A DNA stretch of 64,000 bases from the NCBI RefSeq assembly GCF_964355755.1, contig NC_092679.1, forward strand, positions 3,564,201 to 3,628,200, in the 5' to 3' direction. This document shows, in pieces, positions 61,001 to 64,000 of the stretch. Source of the DNA: Antedon mediterranea. Its lineage: Eukaryota > Animalia > Echinodermata. Position 1 is the stretch's first letter; each line of letters starts with the position of its first letter. The notes beneath the pieces are model-generated. The model was not told the origin of the DNA. It did not search any database and saw only the letters and a program-made list of their open reading frames with translations. Made by a program: the position numbers and the translations under genes.

Positions 61001-64000
61001 CTAGGTGCGGGCACAAAATTTCTATTGATCATACATTCCAATGATTATCGATCTATAGTTTCCCCTATGTTTCATAATTTTTGGGATTTTATTTGTGTTA
61101 CACGAGCTTGTTGAAAATAAGCACTTTCTTATCAGTGGGGGGATAGTTCAAATTACACAGTAAAATCTCTATTCTTTTGTACACACATTTTGTAAATAGA
61201 GAGGAATTTAAAAAAGCTATGAAAAATAAACGGTGTGGTAAAAAATGTTATCAGATAACTAAATATAGGTAATATAACTTGAATATTACATTTCTGATAT
61301 TTTTATTCAACTTCAGATTTTTATTTTCATGCTATAGCAAAAATTATCCACCGTATATCCACCATCTTTTTTCACCATCTAGGGAGTCACCAGACATGTT
61401 ATTACATTAGGTTAACTACCTAACTACTGAAAAAAAGTCTTCCTGGTTTTTATGGAAGAATTTTGCCAAATTTTGTATTTGATACCATATTAAGGGAAAT
61501 TCATGTTTTTTCGTCTCGATTTCTGTTACAAATATTTGATTTATGTACAATTAACCAAATATTATATTTAAAATTCATGCCTGTACCTGAGCTCTGTCTA
61601 TACTCTCAAACTTTTTGTGACAAAAAAATGTGCCCATATATGGACATGATTATGATATCACTCACATTTGGGAATATCACAACCATATTTAGGCACATCA
61701 CTTTTTTTTTGTCAAACTTGTTTGCTAGTGTAGACAGAGCTTAATAAGGATTTGTGTAACCATAACAACTTTGACTATAAATATAATAAACAGCAACAAA
61801 AATAATATTTTAATTTTTTCATTTATTCTGAAATTTAAACAAAATATACAACATATACAAAATGAAGTCAACAAAACTAGACTTCTGCATTTGGGATAAT
61901 TAAATAAAAGTACTAAAAAATTAATTGTTTACATTTTCTGCCAAATAAATGTTGAAACAATACACATTTTTTGGCAAGAACATACAATTGTATTAAAAAG
62001 TACATGAAAGAGGACAGAACGAAAGTATTTGGGTCAATCAGGAGGTGATAACGCTTAGAAAAGGCGGGGCCTACCCCCAATTTTCAAATTTCTACGAACA
62101 CCTGAGATACAGAACCATTTTCAGCTTTATAATACTCTTATTAATTTTCCATTTTTACGAGGCTTTAATTTCACCATCATAATTACATTGACACACATTT
62201 TTATAAATATAATTTTGAAGATTCTTATTATTATAATTTAGGTTTACACAGTACTTATTATAAATCACTATTAAAACAAAGAGAATATTGTCAGTCAGTC
62301 ATTGCCAATTTTAAAATATTTTTATTTATCTCAAGCAAAATAATCTAGTTTTAAAAACTGTTCATCATTTGTTTTTGCAGCACTGTAAATTTTCCTTTCA
62401 AATTGACAGGAAAATGTATGTTAATTAATATATTGCTGATTGTTAAAAATATTTATTGTATGTTAAACAATCCTATCAGTTTGAATAATTATTGATTTCT
62501 TTCCCCAATCACTGACCCGCGACGAATGCACTGACCCGTGTTAAATGAGTTGACCCATGATAAATTGGAAATTCATTATCGTTGCAACTATAACACACTG
62601 GCAGGATCAATGTAATGTGCCCAGTACAATAGTAGCAGTCTTTGAATAAATTAAACGGGAATGAGGGAGGTGTCATATAAATAAAAACCTACATACATTG
62701 ATATTAATATTAAAAAAAACAGCACAGTTGAATTATTGTTACACATGAAGAATTACTTAATTATAGTAACTCTTATAACAATTAATCATATTCATATTTA
62801 TTTATTCTTAAATAATATTTCAGGCCTTCAGAATGTCCTAATTAATTTTAAATATATTTTTTTGAAAATCTAATTCTTTTACAAATAGAAGAAATAGAAA
62901 TAGTTGTCTAGAAACAAATATTGGTAGTCATGGTGAATTGTTTTTAATTATTCGCATAATCTTACTTACGGTATTTATCTCTCTTCCCTCGGTGAATTAT
63001 CGCGTTAATGTTATACAGATTTTACACACTCTGTTTAATTTATTTTCATTGTAACTAAGAATTTCATTTGAAAATTAACAATCGGATGAATAAGAATGCG
63101 AGCTATAAAATCACAATATAAATATTACATAACGTTACTTTGGTTATGTGATCATTTCTATGTACAAAAAGTAACAAAATAAATATTATTATAAGTTATA
63201 AACTACAAGAAATGAACAAATATGTGATATTGTACGTGTGCAAATAATATTTGAATTAATGTATAAATGGTTTTGTCAAAATCATTACCATTTTTGCACA
63301 GAAAAAATGAATAATATAACTAAACATTTGTTTTCTCTCTTTTCAAGTTGTTAGAAAGATATAAATATAAAAATACACAATTTGCACAATGTTTATGGGT
63401 GATTCTGGGAGGGGGGATATTTTGCACACCTTATTCGGAGTAAATAATAAATAAAAATCTTTTTTTCACATAAATTTTGAAATTGCATAAATTAAGGAAT
63501 CAGACCGTCTCATTTATTGGACGTTCATTCTCTAATTCTCATTTTAAAGGTCAAAGGCCAAAAGTATAATTTATTTTACGATGTCTTTTTGCAGACCACG
63601 TAATCATATGGTAAAAACCAGAACACTGTTAAAATTCAGTATTAACCGACGTCTAATTATTTCTATAAAAAAAATTTTTTATTTAACATAACTTTAATAA
63701 ATAAAATTGTGATTGAATAATTTATACAATAACCTGTTTTACAGTATTATTTTTTAATACACACAGTATATGGAAACGGTTTAGACATTTTTCATTTAGA
63801 ACAGTCTGGATAAAAAAAAAACATTTTAAACAGAAACAATTGCCATGATTATGTGTTATGCTACATCATGTGTGTATAATTCATAAATGACAAATGCAGA
63901 ACCCAGTACACTTAGTGCAACATTAAATACCAAAAATGACAAATTATTATTAAAATGCAGCTTGTTTTAAGTGTTTTGATGGTAAAAGGCAGAAAAAAAA

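Noticed and set aside
51386-64000. Additional protein-coding genes in the last 12.6 kb
   Set aside because: Only short ORFs, several MITE-derived, and no chain of phase-compatible exons found; likely 3' UTR and intergenic DNA, though small exons could be missed.

Overview
AT-rich, intron-rich animal (metazoan invertebrate) genomic DNA, not prokaryotic, so most of the ORF track is exon fragments or noise. A Deu/Nin-domain SINE is compatible with a marine invertebrate such as an echinoderm, but the taxon cannot be fixed from this window. Hand-splicing with GT-AG sites and consistent phases gives: (1) a 45-coding-exon + strand gene (1619-28575, about 2430 aa) for a giant PME-5-type PARP with ankyrin repeats, WGR, regulatory and catalytic domains and an intact H-Y-E triad; (2) a 3-exon - strand gene of unknown function (33725-32166, about 423 aa); (3) a 7-exon + strand aftiphilin (39299-51385, about 886 aa) with an expanded DFGDF coding repeat; (4) probably the first two coding exons of a divergent gene running off the left edge. 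Introns and intergenic DNA hold a 5'-truncated LINE, L2 and Rex-like 3' fragments, tRNA-derived SINEs, about 20 copies of one Harbinger-type MITE, Kolobok-like and Tc1/mariner-like MITEs, and MITE-related minisatellites. The most notable unannotated items are two minimal type-I hammerhead ribozyme motifs on the sense strand of host introns, a WGR-to-WGM change and an unannotated N-terminal beta-rich domain in the PARP, a LINE apparently inserted between a branch point and its 3' splice site, inverted SINEs bracketing PARP exons, a cloverleaf tRNA-like gene with an ATC anticodon, and a 160-nt hairpin with tandem G.A mismatches. No database searches were possible, so novelty claims are provisional.
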